A DNA stretch of 64,000 bases from contig NYZP01000002.1 in the NCBI GenBank assembly GCA_002687175.1, positions 1,171 through 65,170 on the forward strand. The letters run 5' to 3'. The notes under the pieces are model-generated. The model ran no database searches. It was given only the letters and a program-made list of their open reading frames with translations, and was not told the origin of the DNA. Both the position numbers and the translations under genes were made by a program. Positions 19,648 through 29,616 of the stretch are shown here, one piece after another. Source of the DNA: Parcubacteria group bacterium (GTDB lineage Bacteria > Patescibacteriota > Patescibacteriia > Buchananbacterales > UBA6539). Position 1 is the stretch's first letter. Each line of letters starts with the position of its first letter.

Positions 19648-22419
19648 TTATTGAATTGGGTTAAGACTGCCCCAATTGTTCCCTACTTCTATATGGGTCT
19701 CTACCGGAGTTTTTAGTTTATAAACTTCTTCCATTTTAGTTTCAACAAATTTGGCTACCTTTTTAAGGTCTTGGTCAGGCACTTCAAAAACCAGTTCATC
19801 ATGCACCTGGAGAATCATTTTAGTTTTTTCTGATATTTCTGGTAAACCTTTATCTATTTCAATCATCGCTAACTTCATCAAGTCAGCGGCAGTTCCTTGA
19901 ATGGGATGATTAATGGCTGCTCGCTCGGCTCCAGCCCTAACTTGTTGAATATTAGAATTTATTTCTGGTAAATAACGACGACGACCAAAAAAAGTTTCAA
20001 CATAACCTTTTTCGGTCGCTAGATCTTTAACATCTTCTAGGTAGTCGTTAATTTTAGAGTGAACATCAAAGTAACGACTAATAAAATCTCGGGCGTCTTG
20101 ATAGCTGATGTCAGCGGTTTGGGCTAGACCATGAGGACCCTGGCCATAAATAATTCCAAAATTAATTGCCTTGGCGGCATAGCGCATTGGTTTAGTAACT
20201 TTTTCTAAAGGCACCTCATTAATTTCAGCGGCGGTACGGCTGTGAATGTCTTCACCTTTTTTAAAACTATCAATCATTCTTTTGTCATTAGCCAGCGAAG
20301 CAATTATTCGTAGTTCAATTTGTGAATAGTCAGCCGACAGCAGTTTGAATCCTTTGGGAGCAATAAAACCTTTTCTAATTTGTTGTCCCAGCTCAGTTCT
20401 GATAGGGATATTTTGTAGATTTGGGTCTGATGAAGATAACCGACCAGTGGCAGCGACGGTTTGATTAAAGCTGGTGTGGATTCGATTGTTTGAATCAACC
20501 AGCTTTGGTAGAGCATCTAGGTAAGTTGATTTTAATTTAGCCAGCTCACGAAATTTTATAATGTGATCAACAATCTTATGTTCGCCCTGGAGTTTAATGA
20601 GCTCTGAAGCAGCAGTAGAGATACCAGTCTTGGTACGGGCCAGACCCTCGGTTGGAATTTTAAGTTTATCAAATAAAACCTCCTTAAGTTGTAGCGGTGA
20701 TGCAATGTTAAATTTGGTTTTGGCCAGTTTATGAATTTTGTTTTCTAAGGCTATTATGTCCTTGCCAACCTGGATACCCATTTTGTTGAGGAAAGCTGTA
20801 TCAATGAGTACACCATTTTTTTCGGTGTTAGCCAGCGCAGTAATCAGTGGGACTTCAATTTTTTCCAGTAAGCCCAAGTTATTTTTACTTTTTAATTCCT
20901 TGGTTAAACCAGCAACTAAACGCCAGGTAAAGTCCGCGTCTTCGCAAGCATAGTCGGCTACTTTATCAAGTGGTACTTCCTTCAAAGTAATTTGGTCTTT
21001 ACCCTTACCGATAAGATCAGTAATTGGTTGCATTTCATGCCCCAGTTCAGTAAACACTAGACCATCCAGGTTATGCTGTCTACTACCCGGATTAATTAGG
21101 TAAGAAGCAATCATGGTATCAAAAGATATCCCTTTTAATTCCAGCCCTGCGCTATTTAAGACTTCCAAATCAAATTTTATATTATGACCAATTTTTTTTA
21201 TTTTCTCATCAGCTAAAATGGGGCTGATTATTTCTAGCCAGGGTTTCTGAGCCGGTTCGCCTTGGCTCGCGCTCGGCGAGACAGGTAAATAATAAGCCGT
21301 ACCATTTTGCCAACAAAAACTGAGGCCTAAAAGTTCTGAATTAAATGGATCAAGACCGGAAGTTTCTGTATCAACAGCAAAAACCTTCTGGCTTTTTAGA
21401 TCATTAACAAATTTGGTAAAGTCAGCCTCTGTCTTGATCAGTGTATATTTTTCATTTTTTACAATTTTTGATTCAGCAGGTTTAGCAGTAGAGCCAAAGT
21501 TAAAACTGTCTTGAGCTTTAGTTTTGCCAGTTTGTAAATCTTTGGGTAACTTGGCAATGAGTGTCCGAAATTCTAACTCCTGAAATAGTGGCATTACTTT
21601 ACCAATATCATACTTTTCTATTTTGGCGTCAGACAACTTAAATTTAATTGGCACATCATCAACCAAGATGACTAATTTTTTTGACATCATTGCTTCTTTT
21701 TTTTGATCCTTTAGTAAACCACGATATCGATCAGATATTTTTTCAGAGTCAATGTTTTTATAAATATTGTCCAAAGTCTTAAACTCACTAAGTAAGTTAA
21801 TTGCCCCCTTGTCACCAATACCGCGAATCCCAGGAATATTGTCTGATGGGTCGCCCCGCAAAGCCTTGTAGTCAATCATTTGTTCCGGACCCAGGCCACC
21901 ATAACGACGCTTCACCGCCGCAATATCATAGGTAATGGTGTCGGACATCCCTTGGCGCATAGTAAAAACCTCGGTGTTATTATCAACTAGCTGTAAAGCA
22001 TCCATATCACCAGTCACAATAACCGACTTTATTTTTTCAACATCTTTGTCTTTAACTAAAGTAGCAATGACGTCATCAGCTTCATAACCTTTCTTTTCAT
22101 AAATTGGTATATTAAAAACAGAAATTATCTCCTTCACTCGAGGCAGTTGATCATAAAGCTCGTCTACTTGTTCAGCTCGGTGAGCCTTATAGTCTTCAAA
22201 CTGTTTATGGCGAAACGTTGGCGCCGCCAAATCAAAAGCCACGGCCATGTAATCTGGTTTCAAATCTTTTAAAACCTTAACCATGATCATTGTAAAACCA
22301 TAGACAGCATTTACTATCTCCCCAGATTTCGTGGAAAGGGTTGGCGGAATGGCATGCCAGGCGCGATGAAGTAAAGCATTCCCGTCTATTACTATAAATT
22401 TTTCTTTATTTTTTGACAT
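19648..22419 (-). CDS. polA: DNA polymerase I
   Basis: 5'-3' exonuclease (IDGN..HRA, GDPSDNIPG), 3'-5' exonuclease (DTET), polymerase (ADYSQIELR, QVHDEL). Confidence 0.99.
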   Translation of the reverse strand: MSKNKEKFIVIDGNALLHRAWHAIPPTLSTKSGEIVNAVYGFTMIMVKVLKDLKPDYMAVAFDLAAPTFRHKQFEDYKAHRAEQVDELYDQLPRVKEIISVFNIPIYEKKGYEADDVIATLVKDKDVEKIKSVIVTGDMDALQLVDNNTEVFTMRQGMSDTITYDIAAVKRRYGGLGPEQMIDYKALRGDPSDNIPGIRGIGDKGAINLLSEFKTLDNIYKNIDSEKISDRYRGLLKDQKKEAMMSKKLVILVDDVPIKFKLSDAKIEKYDIGKVMPLFQELEFRTLIAKLPKDLQTGKTKAQDSFNFGSTAKPAESKIVKNEKYTLIKTEADFTKFVNDLKSQKVFAVDTETSGLDPFNSELLGLSFCWQNGTAYYLPVSPSASQGEPAQKPWLEIISPILADEKIKKIGHNIKFDLEVLNSAGLELKGISFDTMIASYLINPGSRQHNLDGLVFTELGHEMQPITDLIGKGKDQITLKEVPLDKVADYACEDADFTWRLVAGLTKELKSKNNLGLLEKIEVPLITALANTEKNGVLIDTAFLNKMGIQVGKDIIALENKIHKLAKTKFNIASPLQLKEVLFDKLKIPTEGLARTKTGISTAASELIKLQGEHKIVDHIIKFRELAKLKSTYLDALPKLVDSNNRIHTSFNQTVAATGRLSSSDPNLQNIPIRTELGQQIRKGFIAPKGFKLLSADYSQIELRIIASLANDKRMIDSFKKGEDIHSRTAAEINEVPLEKVTKPMRYAAKAINFGIIYGQGPHGLAQTADISYQDARDFISRYFDVHSKINDYLEDVKDLATEKGYVETFFGRRRYLPEINSNIQQVRAGAERAAINHPIQGTAADLMKLAMIEIDKGLPEISEKTKMILQVHDELVFEVPDQDLKKVAKFVETKMEEVYKLKTPVETHIEVGNNWGSLNPIQ

Positions 22420-22494
22420 GGTTTAGGTTCTTAGGTTTTTAGCTCTTTAGTTTATTAATCAAATCCCTAAGAAGCTAAAAAGCTACTACCTAGC
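22420..22494 (-). repeat. Gene-less 8-mer tandem/inverted repeat hairpin abutting the polA start codon
   Basis: 22421-22442 GTTTAGGTTCTTAGGTTTTTAG identical to 54033-54054; opposite arm 22465-22494. Confidence 0.8.
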
Positions 22495-22546
22495 ATTATA
22501 ACATTCTTCGGAGATTCAAGCCTATTTATAGGGTAGTTATAGGTAT

Positions 22547-22575
22547 TTGACACTATAGTATGGTATAGGTATAAT
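22547..22575 (+). promoter_or_regulatory. Sigma70 promoter of the suf operon
   Basis: TTGACA-17 nt-TATAAT. Confidence 0.8.
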
Positions 22576-22602
22576 TAAAATACTAGTAATTTAATAGGAT
22601 TT

Positions 22603-23025
22603 ATGTCTTACCTAGGAACAATTTCATCTAGAGAATATAATGGATTAAAGCTGGCCATGCAGTTAGCTCAGACTTATTATGACCAAAAATCAATTTCTTT
22701 GGCTGATATAAGTAAATCTGAAAACATTTCTTTTAAATATTTGGAACAGTTAATTACCCCTTTTCGTCAGGCTGGCTGGATTAAAGCTCAGCGTGGACGA
22801 GGTGGTGGCTATGTTATGACCAAGGATCCTAAGACCATTTCTTTAAAGGAAATTATGAAGATGTTAAATGATGAGCCCAGGATGTTAGTTTGCCTGGAAG
22901 ATAATTATAAACATGATTGTCCATTAGATAGTGATTGTTCCTCTCAGTTAGTTTGGAAAGAAATTAAAAGTTCAATTGATAATTCATTAGAAAAAATTAC
23001 TTTGTCTAAAGTTTTAAAAAAATAA
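22603..23025 (+). CDS. Rrf2 family transcriptional regulator
   Basis: ISFKYLEQL, RGRGGGY, three C-terminal Cys; heads suf operon. Confidence 0.92.
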   Translation: MSYLGTISSREYNGLKLAMQLAQTYYDQKSISLADISKSENISFKYLEQLITPFRQAGWIKAQRGRGGGYVMTKDPKTISLKEIMKMLNDEPRMLVCLEDNYKHDCPLDSDCSSQLVWKEIKSSIDNSLEKITLSKVLKK

Positions 23026-23088
23026 TTCATTAAGATAATAAAGTTGGTCACTATTACGTTGGCCAGCTTAAATTAGTGGCAACAATTT

Positions 23089-23847
23089 ATGGCAAAATCA
23101 GTAAAAATAGTAAAGAAGAATTTAACCATTCAAAAGTTAAAGACCAGCATTAGCGGGAAATCAATTTTGCAAGGAGTCGATCTAGTCATTAGGCCAGGCA
23201 AGGTAGTGGCTTTGATGGGTACTAACGGTTCCGGCAAATCAACTCTGGCTCAAGTCTTAATGGGAAACCCAGAATATAAAATTGATTCTGGAAAAGTAAC
23301 CTGGCAGGGAAAAAATATATTAAAGTTAACTCCTGGAGATCGGGCCAAAATGGGACTGTTCATGTCATTTCAGTATCCTCATGAATTACCGGGAGTAAAC
23401 ATGTACGAATTTTTATCAACTTCTTATAAATCTATTTTTGGTGAAAAGATTCATCAAGCCAAATTTGAGACTGAGCTTAAAAAGGAAATGAAGACCTTAA
23501 AGTTATCAGATAAATATCTTGATCGTTCAGTTAACGATGGATTCTCTGGCGGGGAAAAGAAAAAGTCAGAAATTTTGCAGTTAAAATTGTTGCAGCCAAA
23601 AATGGCTATCTTGGACGAAACCGATTCTGGATTAGACATTGATGCTTTAAAATTAATTGCAAAAAATATTACTGCTCTGAGATCAAGCAGCCGAGGTTTT
23701 TTGGTAATTACTCATTATCAAAGATTGTTAAACTATATTAAACCTGATTATGTTCACGTAATGATGGATGGCAAGATTGTTAAAAGTGGTGGCCCAGGGC
23801 TTGCCAAAGTGTTAGAAAAAAAAGGGTACCATTGGTTAAAAAAATAG
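23089..23847 (+). CDS. sufC: Fe-S assembly ATPase
   Basis: GTNGSGKST, FSGGEKK, LDETDSGLDIDAL, ITHYQRLL. Confidence 0.96.
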   Translation: MAKSVKIVKKNLTIQKLKTSISGKSILQGVDLVIRPGKVVALMGTNGSGKSTLAQVLMGNPEYKIDSGKVTWQGKNILKLTPGDRAKMGLFMSFQYPHELPGVNMYEFLSTSYKSIFGEKIHQAKFETELKKEMKTLKLSDKYLDRSVNDGFSGGEKKKSEILQLKLLQPKMAILDETDSGLDIDALKLIAKNITALRSSSRGFLVITHYQRLLNYIKPDYVHVMMDGKIVKSGGPGLAKVLEKKGYHWLKK

Positions 23848-23859
23848 AAATTTAGATAT

Positions 23860-25257
23860 ATGCAAACAAAGACAATTAACATCAATCAAGCTAAATACAG
23901 TTTTAAAGACCCTCAAAATTATGTCTTTAAAACACCAAAGGGTTTAAATGAAAAAGTGATTAGACAGATTTCCAAACAAAAAAAAGAACCCAGCTGGATG
24001 CTAGATATTAGACTTAAAGCTTTTAAGGCATTTTTGAAAAAACCAATGCCTGAATGGGGTGGTAATTTGAAAGATATTGATTTTGATAATATTACTTATT
24101 ATATAAAACCATCAGATAAATCAGCCACCAGTTGGAATAAAGTACCCAAAAAAATTAAGAATACATTTGAACGTTTAGGAATCCCTCAAGCCGAACGTAA
24201 GTTTTTGGCCGGGGTTGGAGCTCAATATGAATCAGAGGTTATCTATCACAGTTTAAAAAAACGTTGGACTAAATTAGGTGTTATTTTTGCTGATATGTCC
24301 GAAGCCCCCAAACTTTATCCGGAGTTGGTTAAAAAGTATTTTGGTTCCTCTGTCCCCTATAATGACAATAAGTTTGCGGCTTTAAACACGGCGGCTTGGT
24401 CTGGTGGTTCATTTATTTATGTTCCAAAAGGTGTTCATGTTGAGGCGCCACTGCAAGCTTATTTCAGAATTAATGCCCCATCAATGGGACAGTTTGAGCG
24501 AACCCTTATCTTAGTTGATGAAGGAGCTTCAGTTCACTATATTGAAGGTTGCACTGCCCCAACTTATTCTAAAGATTCTTTGCACGCTGCCGTTGTAGAA
24601 TTAGTAGCAATGAAGAATTCTAAGGTTAGGTATACTACCATTCAGAATTGGTCCAGCAATGTTTACAATTTAGTGACTAAACGAGCCATTGCTCACGAAG
24701 GAGCTTTAGTAGAATGGGTTGATGGTAATCTGGGTTCAAAGCTAACTATGAAATACCCAGCAGTAATTTTGAAAGGTGAAGGATCTAAAGCTGACATACT
24801 ATCAATTGCCTTTGCCGGAGATAAACAACACCAGGATACGGGAGCCAAGGTAATTCATTTAGCTTCTAACACCACTTCTAATATTGTATCTAAATCAATT
24901 TCTAAAGATGGTGGAAGATCTTCTTATCGTGGGTTGGTTCAGGTTGCTAAACAGGCAAACAATTGTAAGGTAAAAGTAAATTGTGATGCCCTGCTAGTAG
25001 ATAAAAAATCTAGATCCGACACTTACCCGCTTATGAAAATTAATAACAAAAAAGTAACCGTTGAACATGAAGCTAGTGTTTCCAAGGTTAACGAAGAGCA
25101 GTTATTTTATCTAATGTCCCGTGGTTTATCACAGGAAGAAGCAGAAAGAATGATTGTCACCGGGTTTTTAGAAATTTTTGCCAAAGAATTACCCTTGGAG
25201 TATGCTGTTGAATTAAATAGACTTATTGAAATGGAGATGGAGGGCAGTGTTGGTTAA
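23860..25257 (+). CDS. sufB: Fe-S assembly scaffold
   Basis: [31 protein letters not shown]. Confidence 0.97.
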   Translation: MQTKTININQAKYSFKDPQNYVFKTPKGLNEKVIRQISKQKKEPSWMLDIRLKAFKAFLKKPMPEWGGNLKDIDFDNITYYIKPSDKSATSWNKVPKKIKNTFERLGIPQAERKFLAGVGAQYESEVIYHSLKKRWTKLGVIFADMSEAPKLYPELVKKYFGSSVPYNDNKFAALNTAAWSGGSFIYVPKGVHVEAPLQAYFRINAPSMGQFERTLILVDEGASVHYIEGCTAPTYSKDSLHAAVVELVAMKNSKVRYTTIQNWSSNVYNLVTKRAIAHEGALVEWVDGNLGSKLTMKYPAVILKGEGSKADILSIAFAGDKQHQDTGAKVIHLASNTTSNIVSKSISKDGGRSSYRGLVQVAKQANNCKVKVNCDALLVDKKSRSDTYPLMKINNKKVTVEHEASVSKVNEEQLFYLMSRGLSQEEAERMIVTGFLEIFAKELPLEYAVELNRLIEMEMEGSVG

Positions 25258-25262
25258 AAATT

Positions 25263-26234
25263 ATGCCTACAAAGACCAAGTCAAAGACCTTAAAATTTAC
25301 ACCACATGATCTGATACAACAGATTGAAGGGTATGAACAGCTTAAAGCCAAAGGGTTAACGGTGAACAGTTTAACCAAGGCCTCGGTTTTAGCTAAGAAA
25401 AAAATTGACAGATTTTTACCTAAGAAGCTGAAGTCTGTTTTGGTTATTGAAGTACCGGCCGAAACCGAAGCGGTTATTAAATTTACCAATCCCATTTTTT
25501 CTCTTAAAATTAATCTTTGTTTTGTGGTTGGTGCCAGAGCCAAAGTAACTATTTTTGATAATCAGCAACCAGCCCAAGATGCTAGCAATGAAGGCGGTGT
25601 ATATGCTATAGCAGACAAGGACAGTTTGGTTGACTATCTGATCGTCAACAGTAAGCAACCCAATACCCAGATGTTTTACGCTGCCTACCCCAGCCAAGGT
25701 ACTAAGTTTAACTGGTATTTAGTGGGTAAGCTTAACGGTGAAAAACATGATATTACGGTGGTAATTAATCATCTATTAGATAAGAGTTGGGGAACCATAA
25801 CTTCAGCCATTGATTTTGGTAAAAATTCAAAATCAATTGTTAAATTAATTAACAATCATCAAAGTAAAGGGAGTCAGGGTGATATTGTTTTTAAAGGCCT
25901 AGGAAAAGATAATGCTCGGGCCAGGATTGACGGCTTAATAGAAATTGGTAAAAAGGCAATTGATACCAATTCTTATTTACAAGAGGATGTTTTATTGGTT
26001 TCGCCAGGTAGTAATATTGATGCTCAACCAAATTTAGAGATTTTAAATAATGAAGTAAAGGCCTCTCATGGTGCAACTTTGGGAAGTGTTGATCCTAAGG
26101 TTTTGTTTTACTTAATGTCTCGAGGCCTTTCTGCCAGTCAAGCCGAGAAGCTTATCATCGGTGGTTTTTTAGGGAATATTACTCGTGATATTGAAAATGA
26201 GTTAGTGGCTGAACAGTTTAAAAATAGCTTGTAG
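25263..26234 (+). CDS. sufD: SufD-family Fe-S assembly protein
   Basis: PNLEI..EVKASHGAT, FYLMSRG; operon position. Confidence 0.88.
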   Translation: MPTKTKSKTLKFTPHDLIQQIEGYEQLKAKGLTVNSLTKASVLAKKKIDRFLPKKLKSVLVIEVPAETEAVIKFTNPIFSLKINLCFVVGARAKVTIFDNQQPAQDASNEGGVYAIADKDSLVDYLIVNSKQPNTQMFYAAYPSQGTKFNWYLVGKLNGEKHDITVVINHLLDKSWGTITSAIDFGKNSKSIVKLINNHQSKGSQGDIVFKGLGKDNARARIDGLIEIGKKAIDTNSYLQEDVLLVSPGSNIDAQPNLEILNNEVKASHGATLGSVDPKVLFYLMSRGLSASQAEKLIIGGFLGNITRDIENELVAEQFKNSL

Positions 26235-26262
26235 CTTGTAGCTTGTAGCTTGTAGCTTGTAG
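26225..26262 (+). repeat. Heptamer tandem repeat (TAGCTTG)x5
   Basis: Five exact units plus TAG; contains the sufD stop and ends 7 nt before the sufS ATG. Confidence 0.95.
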
Positions 26263-26269
26263 GAATTTT

Positions 26270-27511
26270 ATGGCTAAGAAAAATATTAAAAATATCAAAA
26301 AGGATTTCCCAATTTTTAAGAATGTTAAAGTTCATGGCAAGGCATTTATTTATCTTGATTCAGGAGCCACCAGTCAGAAACCTAAAATGGTGGTTGAAGC
26401 CGAAGCCAACTGGTACAAAAAACATAACTCTAATATTCATCGGGGAGCCTACCAACTGGCTGAAGAAGCGACTGAGCTGTTTGAATCAACTAGGTCTAAA
26501 GTAGCTTCTTTCATAAAATCTAAAAGTCACGAGAATATTGTTTTTACCAAAGGGACTACTGATGGTATTAACTTAGTAGCTCAGTCGTGGGTTAAGCATA
26601 ATTTGAAACGTGGTGATACCATTTTAATTAGTGAGATGGAACATCATTCAAACATTGTACCTTGGCAACTGCTAGCCAAAGAAAAAGGCTTTAAGTTAAA
26701 GTTTTGGCCAGTGACTTCTGATGGTAAACTGGACATGACAAATATGAATAGTCTTTTTCGGGAAGTTAAATTTTTAAGCCTTATTCATGTCTCTAATGTT
26801 TTAGGGACAATTAATCCGGTGGAAGAGATTATTAAGAAAGCTCATCGTAAAAATATCAAAGTGTTGATTGATGCCGCCCAAAGTGTTCCCCACCGGCCAA
26901 TTGATGTTAGTAAGATGGATCCAGATTTTTTAGTGTTTTCATCCCACAAGATGCTGGGACCAACCGGTATTGGTGCTTTATACATTAAGCCAGCTCGCCA
27001 TAAAGAGGTTCGACCCTACCAAAGTGGCGGTGACATGATTTTAGAAGTTAAGCAGCAAGGTTCAACGTTTAAACCAGTGCCGGGAATATTTGAAGCCGGA
27101 ACACCAGCCTTAGCTCAAGTTTTTGCTTTTGGCAAAGCCATAGATTATTTAAATAGCGTGGGGATGCAAAATGTTTTACGTCACGAAAAGTCTTTGGTAC
27201 AATATGCTTATCAGAAGCTGTCAGCCATTCCGGAAGTAACTATTTATGGCCCTAAACCAGCAAATCGTTCTGGTCTGGTCAGTTTTACGGTCAAAGGCAT
27301 TCATGCTCATGACTTAGCAACGTTTTTAGACAAAGAAGGTGTTGCTATTCGAGCTGGTCACCACTGTGCCATGCCGCTGCATCATAAATTAAAAATTGAT
27401 GCTACAGCTAGAGCCAGTTTTTATATCTATAACACTAAACAAGACGTTGATAAGTTAGCTAAGGCATTACAATTAATTCTCAAACAATGGCAGAGCTCTA
27501 TAAACAAGTAG
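26270..27511 (+). CDS. sufS: Cysteine desulfurase
   Basis: YLDSGATSQKP, EHHSN, SSHKM, RAGHHCA. Confidence 0.97.
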   Translation: MAKKNIKNIKKDFPIFKNVKVHGKAFIYLDSGATSQKPKMVVEAEANWYKKHNSNIHRGAYQLAEEATELFESTRSKVASFIKSKSHENIVFTKGTTDGINLVAQSWVKHNLKRGDTILISEMEHHSNIVPWQLLAKEKGFKLKFWPVTSDGKLDMTNMNSLFREVKFLSLIHVSNVLGTINPVEEIIKKAHRKNIKVLIDAAQSVPHRPIDVSKMDPDFLVFSSHKMLGPTGIGALYIKPARHKEVRPYQSGGDMILEVKQQGSTFKPVPGIFEAGTPALAQVFAFGKAIDYLNSVGMQNVLRHEKSLVQYAYQKLSAIPEVTIYGPKPANRSGLVSFTVKGIHAHDLATFLDKEGVAIRAGHHCAMPLHHKLKIDATARASFYIYNTKQDVDKLAKALQLILKQWQSSINK

Positions 27512-27867
27512 TTTTTCGACACTACAAAAGTCCGTTGAATAAACGTAAATTGATCAAACCATCTAAGAAATTTAGAGGGGTTAATCCTTTTTGTGGTGAC
27601 AGTCTGGAAATTTTTGTTAAGTTAGATAAGAGTAAAAAGATTAAAGAAATTGGCTGGGAGGGCAAAGGCTGTACCATTTCTCAAGCCTCGGCTTCTATTT
27701 TAACTGAAATGATGAAAGGTAAATCTTTGGAGCAAATTAAAAAGATTAAAAGTGGTCAGTTTTTAAAGAATTTAAATATGAATTTATCACCATCCCGTCG
27801 CAAGTGTGCTTTACTTTCTTTGTATACCATTAAAGAACTGGACATTACTGATCAGGAAGCAGTTTAA
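27487..27867 (+). CDS. sufU: SufU/IscU-type scaffold
   Basis: NPFCGD, GCTISQASAS, RRKCALL. Confidence 0.92.
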   Translation: MAELYKQVVFRHYKSPLNKRKLIKPSKKFRGVNPFCGDSLEIFVKLDKSKKIKEIGWEGKGCTISQASASILTEMMKGKSLEQIKKIKSGQFLKNLNMNLSPSRRKCALLSLYTIKELDITDQEAV

Positions 27868-27995
27868 TTAAGTTTATTATAATTCAGGTTTGATTAACCT
27901 GTTTTTTATTAAATAAAAAAGCGCGAGTTGATTGTTCTCAAAACGCGCTGTGTATGTCCTGTTGGACAAGACTCTGATTAAGCGTAGAGTCTTTT

Positions 27996-28331
27996 CTATT
28001 CTTCCTCGACCGTAAAGGCCAGTGCTTTTACCATTGCTATGGCCTGGTCAGGGTTTATCCTGGTGCCCTGTACATTTGCAAAAGCTAGGTTCGCTCCCTC
28101 CAGATTTGCTCCTCTGAGATCCGCTGAAACAAGACTAACATTTCTTAGATCCGCGTCTCTTAGATCCGCGTCTCTCAGATCTGCGCCCCGCATGGATGGT
28201 ATCCACCTACGGTCTTTCTTTCTCAAACCTGCATTTCGAGCAGCGTTAAACCGCGGAACGTCCTTTCTCAGTTCGTCAGCCAATTCTTGATATCCAAGAT
28301 TAACCCAATCTACTTCTGTCGCGGTACCCAT
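27996..28331 (-). CDS. Pentapeptide repeat protein
   Basis: ADLRD ADLRD ADLRN...ANLEG ANLAF repeats; AAGGAG upstream. Confidence 0.88.
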   Translation of the reverse strand: MGTATEVDWVNLGYQELADELRKDVPRFNAARNAGLRKKDRRWIPSMRGADLRDADLRDADLRNVSLVSADLRGANLEGANLAFANVQGTRINPDQAIAMVKALAFTVEEE

Positions 28332-28380
28332 TTTTATCAGTCTCCTTTTCCGTTATTTGTTTTAGTTTTCTGAAAAGAGC

Positions 28381-29448
28381 TTAGGCGCAAAGTTCACTCC
28401 AGATACGGTGATCCATCAGACGTTTGGCAATATCCACTTCGTAGAACTCCTCAATTGGCTGAAGGATTTCCGGGCTTTCGGTCCAGACAATGTTCAAAGC
28501 ACCGCAAACCCTATCAACGGCTGACACGGACATCTTGCCAAGGGGCATTCGGAGAAACCCGGTGTCCATTCCCAGTCCGGCCATCATCGTTTGGATTGGA
28601 CAGGGGTTAGGGAATTTGTCTTCCACCATGACTTTTTGACCGTGGAATTCTACTTCTCGCTGCACACTCACCCCCACTAAACCGAACAGTGGTTTAAGCT
28701 GGCCGGCCAATTTTTGACCTGTTTGACTGTCACCAGATTGAAAGGCCGCCACCATCTTAGCCACTGCTGCTGGGGCAATGTTACTGATAACCGAGACAAC
28801 ACCGTTACCGTTGATGAGTGGGTCAGTCATCATTGATCCAGTGATTGAATCATCGCCACTCATAATGGAAAACTGTCGTCCGTCGATCATGTTTACGAAA
28901 CGTCGGGTTTCTTGCATGTTTGATAAACTACCAGTGGCTTCTTTGACTCCAATAACATTTGGCCACTGCTCTGCCAAAATTGCCAGATCAACTGGCATAA
29001 GCTGGCAGTTGGTTCGTCCCGGTATGGCATATACTACGTAGCCAACATCGGGGTAAGCGTCGGCCAATGTTCCGGCAATCGGACTGTGGTACTGGTCTCG
29101 CAGTTGTATTGAGGCTGGTTTGTTATAATAACAATCAACCAACAGTACCACATCGGCTCCGTCTCTGGCAGCCGCAGTTGCCATTTCCATGGCCTCCAAA
29201 GTTGAATTTGATCCAGCACCGGCCCAGGCTTGAATTTGCTTGGACGTAATCTCCGCGACAAGCCGGTTTAACTTGATGTGCATTCCTGGATCAACCGTTG
29301 GAGAACAAAACGTTGTCCCTAAAGACAGAACTCCAGTGACACCTTGCGCCATTTGAAACTCAACGTTTCTTTCCAGCTGCTTGCAGTCTTCTTTGCCCTC
29401 AAGATTCAGTGGACCAATCAAGGCAGTTACTGCTCCATTACAGATCAT
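28381..29448 (-). CDS. dapA: Dihydrodipicolinate synthase family protein
   Basis: GTT, GAGSNST, YYNKP, YAIPGRT, GVKEA (Schiff-base Lys), SGDD; AGGAGG upstream of ATG 29448. Confidence 0.85.
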   Translation of the reverse strand: MICNGAVTALIGPLNLEGKEDCKQLERNVEFQMAQGVTGVLSLGTTFCSPTVDPGMHIKLNRLVAEITSKQIQAWAGAGSNSTLEAMEMATAAARDGADVVLLVDCYYNKPASIQLRDQYHSPIAGTLADAYPDVGYVVYAIPGRTNCQLMPVDLAILAEQWPNVIGVKEATGSLSNMQETRRFVNMIDGRQFSIMSGDDSITGSMMTDPLINGNGVVSVISNIAPAAVAKMVAAFQSGDSQTGQKLAGQLKPLFGLVGVSVQREVEFHGQKVMVEDKFPNPCPIQTMMAGLGMDTGFLRMPLGKMSVSAVDRVCGALNIVWTESPEILQPIEEFYEVDIAKRLMDHRIWSELCA

Positions 29449-29616
29449 AACTATAACCTCCTGTTGAATTCTCAACGTTTTTTATTCCTGATGGAATGAT
29501 TTACCTTAGTTCAAATATGACCTTTTGTCAACCACAGTCGCTCGAGAGCGACGTGGTCAATATCCTTGTAATTTAATGAGTAAACCCGCCACCTTCTACA
29601 ATGTGACGAGGTAAAC

